Of a stretch of DNA of 64,000 nt, positions 35,576-44,630 are shown piece after piece. The stretch covers positions 17,479-81,478 of the forward strand of contig JBOGJG010000300.1 in the NCBI GenBank assembly GCA_050747825.1, in the 5' to 3' direction. This DNA is from Acidobacteriota bacterium. GTDB lineage: Bacteria > Acidobacteriota > UBA6911 > RPQK01 > JBOGJG01. Numbering within the stretch: the stretch's first letter is position 1; every line of letters starts with the position of its first letter. A program made the translations under genes and the position numbers. The notes beneath the pieces were generated by a model. That model did no database searches and had not been told where the DNA came from. It worked only from the letters and a program-made list of their open reading frames with translations.

Positions 35576-36483
35576 TTATCGATCGAAGCAATAAGCCCTG
35601 GATCGTGGCCAGCATCGTCATTTTCCTGGTTTCGGCAGTACTCTACATCCCTTACAGCATCTACGCCATCCCGGCGCCTTCGGGCGGAAGCTGGCCTGGC
35701 TTGATTTACGCCTTTCTCGGCACAGGCATGATGCTCTTTGCGCTGCTGCTGGGTTTACGGAAAAAGTACCCAACTCTGCGAGTGGGAAGGCTGCACGCCT
35801 GGATGAAAGGACATGTCTGGCTTGGACTCTTGAGCTTTCCCATTATTCTCTTTCACGCGGGATTTGCTCTGGGCGGGCCGCTCACGACGGTGTTAATGGT
35901 TTTGTTCGGTATCGTCGTTTTCAGCGGCCTCTTCGGGATCGTTCTTCAGCAGTATATTCCTGGTCTGATGACAGAGCAGATTTCGATGGAAACGATTTTC
36001 GAGCAGGTGGATGACATTCTGGCTCAGCTCCGCCAGGAAGCGGATGCATTCGTGCAGGCCGCCTTATCGCGCGAATCCGAAGAGCCTTTTGTCATGGAGG
36101 CACTGGGAGGAGGGACCGAGTCTCCACTGGCGCGCAACCGCTACTCGAGTGATCAGTCGGAACTGAGCAGAGGCCGGCGCGTCTTGGACGACTTTTATCA
36201 GCGTGAAGTCCGGCCGTTTCTTCACGATCAGGCCGGACCGGACAGCCGATTCGCCTCCGAGCAGAAGTCCAACGTTGTCTTTGAACAGATGCGAAAAGTG
36301 CTCCCCGGCTCGTTTCACGAAACACTGGCCTCTCTGGCCGATATCGTGGAAGAGAGACGGCAACTGGCGCGCCAGGTGAAGCTGCATTATCTTCTTCACG
36401 GCTGGCTCTTCATACACGTCCCCCTGTCTATGGCGCTGATGGGGCTGGCGGCAGTTCATGCGGTCATAGCACTCAGGTACTGA
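35572..36483 (+). CDS. Integral membrane protein (about 5 TM) with conserved His in TM helices; candidate b-type haem membrane anchor
   Basis: Hydrophobic helices. His residues in helices include GHVWLGLL, ILFHAGF and HYLLHGWLFIHVP. 4-bp overlaps on both sides (operon). Confidence 0.45.
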   Translation: MIIDRSNKPWIVASIVIFLVSAVLYIPYSIYAIPAPSGGSWPGLIYAFLGTGMMLFALLLGLRKKYPTLRVGRLHAWMKGHVWLGLLSFPIILFHAGFALGGPLTTVLMVLFGIVVFSGLFGIVLQQYIPGLMTEQISMETIFEQVDDILAQLRQEADAFVQAALSRESEEPFVMEALGGGTESPLARNRYSSDQSELSRGRRVLDDFYQREVRPFLHDQAGPDSRFASEQKSNVVFEQMRKVLPGSFHETLASLADIVEERRQLARQVKLHYLLHGWLFIHVPLSMALMGLAAVHAVIALRY

Positions 36484-36487
36484 GCAG

Positions 36488-37831
36488 ATGGCGCGAAAGG
36501 GAAAAACCACCAAGCAGCTTGCCAAGCGCATCGACATCAACTACTTCAAGCGGCTGCACCCGTTTCGCCGGAAAAAGCGGTATGCAAGCTATGTGGCCCT
36601 GGCACTAGCTGCGGCGTGGCTCATCGCAAGCGCTCTGGTGGGGGACGAAGGCGTTTTCAATCCCGGACCTGTCTCACGCCCCCACGCCTTTATTGAGGAA
36701 GACTGCTCCTTTTGCCATACCGGAGCCGAGGAGAACCGCTTTCTTCACCCCGTTACCGATGGGGCCTGCCAGAGCTGCCATGCCGGCCCGCTTCATCACC
36801 GCAATCAGGTCTTTGCCGGACATACGGGAAGCCAGCCCTCCTGCGGCAGTTGTCACCAGGAACATCAGGGACGCTCGGCTGACCTGGTTTTTATGCAGGA
36901 CAAGAACTGCCTGCAGTGCCACCGTTCCCTCCAGGTGGACGAGACACTCGTTGCTGCATCCAGTCCGGATTTGCCTGAATTCCTGGCGCGGCCTCCGCAA
37001 GGTTACGCCCGGGCCATCTCCAGCTTCGAGAGTGATCACCCGGAATTCCGTTTCATTCGCGACCAGATGGAAGATCCTGCGCAGATTAAGCTCAATCACC
37101 AGGTGCACCTGAGGCCGGACCTGCCCGCTCCCGAAGGTCCGGTTCAACTCGAATGCCAGTCGTGCCATAGAATCGATGCTCAGGGGGCTTATATGGAGCC
37201 GGTCAATTTCGAACGGGACTGCCAGTCCTGTCATCCCCTGGCTTTTGACGAACGGATTTTTGAAGAAGCGCCACATGAGGACCCTGAATTTGCGGAGGCT
37301 TTTGTCCGCACGGCTTTTTCCAAGTACGCCGGTGAGCATCCTGATGAATGGCGCCGGCCCTCGGACTGGCATCCGGCGCGCAATCTCTCCAGCCTCAGAA
37401 GAATGGTCGAAGAGGCTCCTCGAGATCTCCCGGACTGGCTGGAAAGAGAAGTTGGGAAGGCGCGCCAGCTCCTGTTTTCCCAAAAATGCCAGGAGTGCCA
37501 CGTCATGCAGGACCTGCAGCAGGAGGTCCCTGCAGTTGTCCAGCCTCGCATTCCAGATCGATTCCTCGGCCACAGCCGTTTTGATCACCAGGCACATCGA
37601 ATGCTCGAGTGTTCGTCCTGCCACGAACAGGCGCTTCAAAGCAGTCGAACCGAAGACATTCTCATTCCCGGCCGGGAGGACTGCCTGCACTGCCACAACA
37701 CTTCCACTGGAGCCCCGGCTGAGTGTGTAACTTGTCACGCTTATCACTCACAGACCAAAAATTACCAGCCAGGACGTCTCAGGATCAACGATATCGTCGG
37801 TGGGTCACAGCAAGGAGAATCACGTGAATGA
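36488..37831 (+). CDS. Membrane-anchored decahaem c-type cytochrome
   Basis: One N-terminal TM helix. Ten CxxCH motifs (CSFCH, CQSCH, CGSCH, CLQCH, CQSCH, CQSCH, CQECH, CSSCH, CLHCH, CVTCH). Confidence 0.8.
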   Translation: MARKGKTTKQLAKRIDINYFKRLHPFRRKKRYASYVALALAAAWLIASALVGDEGVFNPGPVSRPHAFIEEDCSFCHTGAEENRFLHPVTDGACQSCHAGPLHHRNQVFAGHTGSQPSCGSCHQEHQGRSADLVFMQDKNCLQCHRSLQVDETLVAASSPDLPEFLARPPQGYARAISSFESDHPEFRFIRDQMEDPAQIKLNHQVHLRPDLPAPEGPVQLECQSCHRIDAQGAYMEPVNFERDCQSCHPLAFDERIFEEAPHEDPEFAEAFVRTAFSKYAGEHPDEWRRPSDWHPARNLSSLRRMVEEAPRDLPDWLEREVGKARQLLFSQKCQECHVMQDLQQEVPAVVQPRIPDRFLGHSRFDHQAHRMLECSSCHEQALQSSRTEDILIPGREDCLHCHNTSTGAPAECVTCHAYHSQTKNYQPGRLRINDIVGGSQQGESRE

Positions 37832-38633
37832 AAAGCAGCCGTTGAGAGGTCAGAAGGCCCTGGTAACGGGGTCGAGTTCGGGAATAGGTAAGGCCATCGC
37901 TAAATCTCTCGCATTTGCAGGAGCTTCGGTCGTAGTAAACTCCCGCAGCCAGCCGGATAAAGGCGCGCGGCTGGCCCAAGAAATTTGCGAGGCAGGAGGA
38001 GAGGGCATTCATATCCAGGCCGACGTCGGCCGGGAGGACGAGGTCAAGACTCTCTTTCGCAAAATGCTGGATGAGTTCGGGACGATTGACATTCTCGTCA
38101 ATAACGCCGGGCTGCAACGCGACGCGAATCTGGTGGATATGACCCTGGAGCAATGGAATACCGTCCTTTCGACCAATCTCACCAGTCAGTTTCTCTGTGC
38201 TCGTGAGGCCGTCAAGGAATTCCAGCGCCGGGGTGTTGTCCCTTCGATCTCAAGAGCGGCTGGGAAAATCATCTGTATCAGTTCGGTGCACGAGATCATT
38301 CCATGGGCTGGACACAGCAACTATGCGGCTTCAAAGGGGGGTGTGATGCTCTTTATGAAGAGCATCGCCCAGGAACTGGCGCCTCACAAGATCCGCGTCA
38401 ACAGCATCGCCCCGGGCGCGATTAAGACTCCCATCAATCGGGAGGCCTGGGAGACGCCTGAGGCTGAACGGGCTCTGCTCAAGCTGGTTCCCTATCAGAG
38501 GGTTGGAGACCCGGAAGACATCGGCTCAGCGGCGGTCTGGCTGGCTTCCGACGACTCCGACTACGTTACCGGAACCAGCTTGATCGTAGACGGAGGCGCG
38601 TGTCTCTATCCCGAATTTGCTCACGGAGGCTGA
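37823..38633 (+). CDS. Short-chain dehydrogenase/reductase (glucose-1-dehydrogenase-like)
   Basis: TGSSSGIGKAIA is the Rossmann motif. NNAG and YAASK form the catalytic Tyr-x3-Lys motif. The GTG start is taken just inside the stop of the upstream cytochrome. Confidence 0.8.
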
Positions 38634-38642
38634 AGTCAAAAC

Positions 38643-41294
38643 ATGACAGCTCAAAAAATGACCGCGGAACACCGGCGCCTGCGAGAAGCCTATTCCGGAT
38701 TCGTCCAACCCTGGAAAAAATGGGGACCTTACATCAGCGAGCGCTCCTGGGCTACGGTGCGCGAAGATTATAGCCCGCAGGGTGACGCCTGGGGTTTTCT
38801 CCCCCACGACATGGCTCGGAGCAAAGCCTATCGCTGGGGCGAAGACGGGATCGGAGGAATTTGCGACCGCTATCAAATCCTGGTGTTCGCCTGGGCTTTT
38901 TGGAACGGGCGGGACCCGATCCTGAAGGAGCGACTTTTTGGAGTTACTCCGCATGAAGGGAATCGGGGAGAGGATGTGAAGGAGTATTACTTTTACCTGG
39001 ACAGCACCCCGACTCACAGCTACATGAAAATGCTGTATAAGTATCCCCAGGCTCCCTTTCCCTACCAGGAGCTGGTCGATGAAAACCGGAAGCGCGGCGG
39101 GCGCGGGTTCGAATACGAGCTGCTCGACACCGGAGTGTTCGATGAAGACAGGTACTTTGACATTTTTATCGAGTACGCCAAAGCCGGCCCCGAAGACATC
39201 GGTATCCAGCTCGAAGCTTTCAACCGGGGGCCTGAGGATTCCGAGCTGCACATCCTGCCTCACCTCTGGTTCCGCAATACGTGGTCGTGGAACGCTCATT
39301 TGAAAGCCCAGCCTGTGATCTCGCCCGGCCCGGCAGACAAGGGCTGGCTGAGCCTGGAAGCGGACGACTCCCCGGCCGAATTACCCGGCAACCTTCCTTT
39401 TGAATACCGCCTCGGTCGCCTTTACCTATACGCGCCCGCAGGCGGAGACCTCCTGTTTACCAACAACGAGACAAATTGCGAGCGGCTCTATGGCGTAGCC
39501 AGCCGGACACCTAACAACAAGGATGCCTTTCATCGGCATGTCATTTCCTATCAGGACTGCCTGCGGCCGGATCAGACCGGGACCAAGTCCTGCCTGCATT
39601 ACAAGACCACCATCGCGTCAGGATCCTCAAAAACACTGCGCTTTCGCCTTACCAGGGAGAGCCTCGGCGATCCCCTCGGTGAAGTGGAGAAGATCATTTT
39701 GGTTCGAAAGAAGGAGGCGGATGAGTTCTATGATTCCGTCCATCCACCCAGGGCAAACGCTGAAGAGCGGATGATCCAACGCCAGGCCTTGGCCGGCATG
39801 CTGTGGAGCAAACAGGCCTATATATTCGATGTCCGCCTCTGGTTCGCCGGAGATACCGAACTCGCACCTCCCCCTCAGGAGCGTCGCCAGATCCGCAATG
39901 CCCATTGGCAGCATCTGAACTCGATGCGGGTTCTCTCCATGCCGGACAAATGGGAATACCCCTGGTTCGCCGCCTGGGACCTGGCTTTTCAATGCCTGAC
40001 GCTGGCCCTGGTAGATCCCGATTTTGCCAAGGAAAACCTCTGGTTCCTCCTTTTTGAACAATTCCAACATCCAAACGGGCAAATCCCGGCTTATGAATGG
40101 GAGTTCTCGGACCTGAACCCGCCTGTGCATGCCTGGGCCTGTTGGCGCGTCTATAACATCGAGCGGGAGCGAGCCGGACGCGCCGATCGTGAATTCCTGG
40201 AAAAATGCTTTCATAAACTCCTCATCAACTTCGCCTGGTGGGTCAATAAGGTCGATAGCCAGGGCAATAATCTCTTCGAGGGAGGCTTTCTGGGCCTTGA
40301 CAATATCGCTGTAGTGGACCGCAGCGACCGCCTGCCCGGAGGGGCCGTCCTGGAGCAGTCCGATGGAACAGGGTGGATGGCTTTTTTCTGCCTTTACCTG
40401 ATGAGAATTGCCCTGGAACTTTCGAAAGAAAACAAGGTATACGAAGGTCTGGCAACCAAGTTTTTTCAACATTACGTCTATATTGCCGCCGCCATGAAGA
40501 ACATGGGCGGCCGCAACTACCAGTTGTGGGATGAGAAAGATGGCTATTTTTATGACGTCCTCAGGTACCCCAACGGTGAATTTCATCGATTCCGCGTGCG
40601 CTCGCTGGTGGGCTTGATCCCCTTGTTTGCTGTAGAAATCCTGGAGGATGAGAAGCTGCGCGGGCATGAGGAGTTCCTGGGAAACATGGACTGGTTTATC
40701 CGCAACCGTCCTGATCTGGTTGGACACGCCTGCTATTCCGATCATCGAAACGGCCAATCGCGGCACGTGCTGGCTATCGTGAACGAACATCAGCTCTCAC
40801 GTATTTTGGAACGACTCCGCGATTGCGGCGAGTTTCTCTCAGAAGCCGGCATTTGCAGCCTTTCCAAGTTTCACAAAGATCACCCCTTTGTCTGGGAAGG
40901 CAAAGAGGTTCGCTACGAACCGGCCGAAGCCGACGTTAAAATCAAGGGGGGCAACTCCAACTGGCGGGGGCCGATCTGGTTCCCGACTTCCTACCTCATC
41001 ATCGAGTCTCTGCGCAAGCTCGCCTCGGCTTTCGAGGGGTCGAATTCAGGCTCGGCGGAGCCGGCAGCATTGGCGGATGAGGTCGCTGAACGGATGATTG
41101 GCCTCTTCAGACTGAATGGCGAGGGAAAACGTCCAGTCTTTGGAGGCGCCAAAAAATTTCAAGATCCTCACTGGCGAGACTACCTGCTCTTTTACGAGTA
41201 CTTCAATGGAGATGACGGGGCCGGACTGGGCGCCAGCCACCAGACCGGCTGGACCGGTCTGGTGGCCAATCTCATAGACGAGTCCCGCCGTTAG
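38643..41294 (+). CDS. GH63-like (MGH1/YgjK-type) glycoside hydrolase
   Basis: An 883-aa (alpha/alpha)6-type hydrolase. ...[18 protein letters not shown]... is the typical N-terminus of MGH1-like glucosidases. Confidence 0.6.
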   Translation: MTAQKMTAEHRRLREAYSGFVQPWKKWGPYISERSWATVREDYSPQGDAWGFLPHDMARSKAYRWGEDGIGGICDRYQILVFAWAFWNGRDPILKERLFGVTPHEGNRGEDVKEYYFYLDSTPTHSYMKMLYKYPQAPFPYQELVDENRKRGGRGFEYELLDTGVFDEDRYFDIFIEYAKAGPEDIGIQLEAFNRGPEDSELHILPHLWFRNTWSWNAHLKAQPVISPGPADKGWLSLEADDSPAELPGNLPFEYRLGRLYLYAPAGGDLLFTNNETNCERLYGVASRTPNNKDAFHRHVISYQDCLRPDQTGTKSCLHYKTTIASGSSKTLRFRLTRESLGDPLGEVEKIILVRKKEADEFYDSVHPPRANAEERMIQRQALAGMLWSKQAYIFDVRLWFAGDTELAPPPQERRQIRNAHWQHLNSMRVLSMPDKWEYPWFAAWDLAFQCLTLALVDPDFAKENLWFLLFEQFQHPNGQIPAYEWEFSDLNPPVHAWACWRVYNIERERAGRADREFLEKCFHKLLINFAWWVNKVDSQGNNLFEGGFLGLDNIAVVDRSDRLPGGAVLEQSDGTGWMAFFCLYLMRIALELSKENKVYEGLATKFFQHYVYIAAAMKNMGGRNYQLWDEKDGYFYDVLRYPNGEFHRFRVRSLVGLIPLFAVEILEDEKLRGHEEFLGNMDWFIRNRPDLVGHACYSDHRNGQSRHVLAIVNEHQLSRILERLRDCGEFLSEAGICSLSKFHKDHPFVWEGKEVRYEPAEADVKIKGGNSNWRGPIWFPTSYLIIESLRKLASAFEGSNSGSAEPAALADEVAERMIGLFRLNGEGKRPVFGGAKKFQDPHWRDYLLFYEYFNGDDGAGLGASHQTGWTGLVANLIDESRR

Positions 41295-41345
41295 CCATTC
41301 AGCCTGCGAGGCTCCCACGACGACCTGCTACGGCCTGCTCTATAG

Positions 41346-41377
41346 CCACGGATTTCACCGTATGATTCGTTGGCCCA
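41346..41377. repeat. Family B repeat, partial copy
   Basis: gccacggatttcaccgtatgattcgttggccc. Confidence 0.4.
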
Positions 41378-41421
41378 AAAGCTGAATCCTTCGAAAGACC
41401 GCTTTTGATAGAATCGACTCG

Positions 41422-42834
41422 ATGTGGTTGATTCTCGTTCTCTGGCTGACTAGTCCAATGCTGGCCTTTCAAAGCTCTGAATTGCCCCAAGTTCCCGATT
41501 TGCCTGTCTTGGGAAAGCAGTTGCCCGAGGCTGTCCGCCAGGAAGTGAACGAGTTGCACGCCAGGGCCCGCAAAAATCCGCAGGACGTGGATACAATCGG
41601 GCCCCTGGCGATGCTCATGCATGCTTACGAGCAATACCAGTTTGCAGAATTCTGTTACCGCCGCGCCCAGGAGCTGCAGCCGGATTCGTTTCAGTGGAGC
41701 TACTATCTGGGTCTCGTGCAGGCGAGACAGGGCGAGCATCAAGAGGCGGCTGATTCTCTGCGCAAGGCGCTCCTGCTGGATCCCAATTACGTTCCCGCCT
41801 GGCTGAAGCTCGTGGGATCCCTTCTCCAACTCGAACAGTTTGAAGAAGCGGCAACGATTTGCCAGGCGATCCTCCGCGAATATCCGCAGGCGGCGGTGGC
41901 CCATTACGGCCTGGGGCGCGTTAAAGCCCAACAGGGGAATCTCGAAGAAGCCGTCAGTCATTATCTGAAGGCCTGCGAGCTGCACCCGGGATTTGGCGCC
42001 TCCCATTACGCCCTGGGGCTCGCCTACCGCGACTTGGGCAATAACGCCAAGGCCCGGGAACACCTCTCTTTGTACCAGCAGAACAAGCTGGGCTGGCCTT
42101 CCGCGGAAGATCCTCTTTGGACCGCAGTCCAGCAGTTGAAGAGCGGCCCACTTCACCATCTGAAGCTGGCCATTGACCTGGCCAATGAGAATCGGCTTGA
42201 GCAATCCATCCGCGAACACCAGAAGGCGCTGGAGCTGGACCCCAACCTGCTGCAGGCCCATGTCAATCTCTCAAACCTTCAGGGCCGACTCGGAAACTGG
42301 AAAGAGGCCGAAAAGCATTACCAGGCGGCGGCAGCAATTAATCCCAATCTGCCGGACCTTCACTATAACTACGGAATCATTCTAGGCGCGCGGGAACGTC
42401 ACGCCGAAGCGGCCGAGGCTTTCCAGAAAGCGCTTGAGATCAATCCGTTCTACGCGGAGGCCCACAACAATCTGGGATCCATGCTGGCCCTGCAGGGCGA
42501 TCTGCACAAGGCGGCCCGCCATTATCGTCAGGCAATCGAAAACAATCCAAATTACCGGCTGGCCCGGTTCAATCTGGGCCGCACGCTGATTGCGCTGGGA
42601 GAGCACCAGGAGGCCATCGACCAGCTCCTGAAGATCCTGACTCCCGAGGATGAGGACACTCCGCGCTTCATGTTTGTCCTGGCGGCAGCTTATGCCCGAT
42701 CCGGGAACGTGGAGAAAGCGCTTTTCTACACGAGAGAAGCCAAGGAGCGAGCGGAAGCGCTGGGGCAGATGGAGCTGGCCGCTTCGGCTGAGGAAGGCCT
42801 GAAGCAACTGGAGCAGGCACGGCGGCCGCAATGA
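41422..42834 (+). CDS. TPR-repeat protein (secreted)
   Basis: Signal peptide plus multiple 34-residue W-LG-Y / A...Y..A repeats. Confidence 0.75.
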   Translation: MWLILVLWLTSPMLAFQSSELPQVPDLPVLGKQLPEAVRQEVNELHARARKNPQDVDTIGPLAMLMHAYEQYQFAEFCYRRAQELQPDSFQWSYYLGLVQARQGEHQEAADSLRKALLLDPNYVPAWLKLVGSLLQLEQFEEAATICQAILREYPQAAVAHYGLGRVKAQQGNLEEAVSHYLKACELHPGFGASHYALGLAYRDLGNNAKAREHLSLYQQNKLGWPSAEDPLWTAVQQLKSGPLHHLKLAIDLANENRLEQSIREHQKALELDPNLLQAHVNLSNLQGRLGNWKEAEKHYQAAAAINPNLPDLHYNYGIILGARERHAEAAEAFQKALEINPFYAEAHNNLGSMLALQGDLHKAARHYRQAIENNPNYRLARFNLGRTLIALGEHQEAIDQLLKILTPEDEDTPRFMFVLAAAYARSGNVEKALFYTREAKERAEALGQMELAASAEEGLKQLEQARRPQ

Positions 42835-44630
42835 GACTTCGGGTACTGCTTCTTCTCGCCGTTTTGCCGGCTGTTTTCTCGCCAACCGGCTCGGTTGCCC
42901 ATGAAGTGCCGATTTTCAGAGAGGTGGCGGCTGAGGCCGGCCTGGAGTTTCAGCATTTCAACGGATCAAGCGGTGAGTTTTTTGTGCCCGAGATTATGGG
43001 TCCCGGGGTGGCGCTGTTGGATTACGACGGGGATGGGGATCTGGATGTCTATCTGACTCAGGGCCGCTCCCTCACGGTCGCGGCTCGGATGACGGAGCAG
43101 GAGCGGAAAACGGTGCAGGATCAAAAAACGGCGCTCGAATCCGAGCCGCGACTGTCAGCGAGCGGCCATCGGCTTTTTCGCAATCTGCTGAAGGAGGAAG
43201 GCCGGCTCCGATTCACGGATGTTACCGAAAAGGCCGGCCTGGGACACCAGGGTTACGGCATGGGGGCCGCCGTGGGCGACTACGACAACGACGGCGACCC
43301 AGATTTATACGTGACTAATTTCGGCAGCAATGTCTTGTATCGCAACAACGGAGACGGCACGTTTAGCGATGTCACCCGCGAAGCCGGCGTCGATGACCCG
43401 CGCTGGAGCACCAGCGCAGCTTTTTTAGATTACGACCGCGACGGAGACCTCGACCTTTTCGTCACCAACTACATCAATTTCAGCGTGGCCGCCAATCGGA
43501 CCTGTTACGACCCGGCCGGCGCGCGGGACTACTGCAACCCGTCCGTCTACAGTCCCGTGCCGGACCGACTCTTTCGCAATGAAGGCGCGGGACAGTTCTC
43601 GGAGGCCACCGAAGCGGCCGGGATTACGCTCGCCTATGGGCCCGGCCTGGGAGTCGTCTGCGCCGACTTCAACGCAGACGGATGGACCGACATCTACGTG
43701 GCCAATGACGGCACGGCCAATCTGCTCTGGATCAACCAGGGCAACGGTACCTTCGACGAGCAGGGACTGCTCTCGGGAAGCGCCTACAATGGAAACGGCA
43801 TGGCCGAGGGCAGCATGGGAGTAAGCGCCGGCGATTTCGACAATGACGGCGACGAAGACCTTTTCATGACTCATCTCAATCAGGAGAAGAACACGCTCTA
43901 TCTCAATCGCGGCCAGGGTGTTTTTCACGATGCCAGCCGGGAGTTCGACCTGGCGGCCCCCAGCTTTGCCTACACCGGCTTTGGGACGCAATGGTTCGAT
44001 TTCGACAGCGACGGCTATCTGGATCTTTTCGTGGCCAATGGCGCCGTCACCATCTTGGAGCAGTTGCGTGCACAGCCGTTTCCCTATCATCAAAAGAATC
44101 AGCTCTTCCGAAACCTGGAGGGAAAAGGCTTTCAAGACATCACGGCCGCCGCCGGACTCGCCCTGGAGTTATCTGAAGTCAGCCGCGGCGCCGCCTTTGG
44201 CGACATCGATAATGACGGCGATATCGATATCCTGGTCACAAACAACAACGGACCCGCGCGCCTGCTGCTCAATGAGTCAGCGCAGAAGCACTGGCTGAGC
44301 GTGCGTCTGGAAGGAACCCAGGATAATCGCTTGGGCATCGGCGCTCGCGTCGGCATTCTCCGAAGGTCAGTCAGCAGTCAGCGGTCAGCGGTCAGCGGTC
44401 AGCGGCCGGTCATCTGGCGGCGCGCCCACACCGACGGAAGTTACCTCAGCGCCGGCGATATCCGAGTTCACTTCGGCCTGGGGACGGATGCCGACCTGGA
44501 GGGAGTTGTTGTTCAGTGGCCCAACGGCCAATCTGAAGTGTGGACGGATGTTCAGCCCGATTCATTCCTGACCCTGAAGCAGGGCACGGGGGAAGCTTGG
44601 CCGATGGAGCAGGAGCAGGGGCGGCCATGA
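42831..44630 (+). CDS. CRTAC1-family protein (FG-GAP/VCBS repeats plus C-terminal ASPIC/UnbV domain)
   Basis: Repeated DYDGDGDLD / [12 protein letters not shown] / [11 protein letters not shown] motifs and a C-terminal UnbV_ASPIC-like domain. 4-bp overlap with the upstream TPR gene. Confidence 0.8.
   Translation: MRLRVLLLLAVLPAVFSPTGSVAHEVPIFREVAAEAGLEFQHFNGSSGEFFVPEIMGPGVALLDYDGDGDLDVYLTQGRSLTVAARMTEQERKTVQDQKTALESEPRLSASGHRLFRNLLKEEGRLRFTDVTEKAGLGHQGYGMGAAVGDYDNDGDPDLYVTNFGSNVLYRNNGDGTFSDVTREAGVDDPRWSTSAAFLDYDRDGDLDLFVTNYINFSVAANRTCYDPAGARDYCNPSVYSPVPDRLFRNEGAGQFSEATEAAGITLAYGPGLGVVCADFNADGWTDIYVANDGTANLLWINQGNGTFDEQGLLSGSAYNGNGMAEGSMGVSAGDFDNDGDEDLFMTHLNQEKNTLYLNRGQGVFHDASREFDLAAPSFAYTGFGTQWFDFDSDGYLDLFVANGAVTILEQLRAQPFPYHQKNQLFRNLEGKGFQDITAAAGLALELSEVSRGAAFGDIDNDGDIDILVTNNNGPARLLLNESAQKHWLSVRLEGTQDNRLGIGARVGILRRSVSSQRSAVSGQRPVIWRRAHTDGSYLSAGDIRVHFGLGTDADLEGVVVQWPNGQSEVWTDVQPDSFLTLKQGTGEAWPMEQEQGRP
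43061..43170. repeat. Family A palindromic repeat (full, about 110 bp) inserted in-frame in a CRTAC1 gene
   Basis: gggccgctccctcacggtcgcggctcggatg....atccgagccgcgactgtcagcgagcggcc. It encodes [35 protein letters not shown], which is absent from the paralog at 44627. Confidence 0.65.
44363..44408. repeat. Tandem 7-bp repeat (gcggtca x3 perfect plus 2 imperfect) inside a CDS
   Basis: gtcagtcagcagtcagcggtcagcggtcagcggtcagcggcc. It encodes ...[14 protein letters not shown].... Confidence 0.7.

Noticed and set aside
36674-37747. 357-aa minus-strand ORF
   Set aside because: It is antisense to the decahaem cytochrome (10 CxxCH motifs on the plus strand).
38526-39299. 257-aa minus-strand ORF
   Set aside because: It is antisense to the GH63-like hydrolase and the SDR 3' end, and has no motifs.
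41299-42261. 320-aa ORF on the minus strand
   Set aside because: It is entirely antisense to the well-supported TPR gene (41422-42834). It has no recognisable motifs and high-GC antisense frames are commonly open.
44363-44408. Possible CRISPR-like spaced repeats (cagcggt units)
   Set aside because: The unit is only 7 bp, is tandem with no spacers, and lies inside a CDS. It is a microsatellite, not a CRISPR array. No CRISPR or cas genes were seen anywhere in the window.
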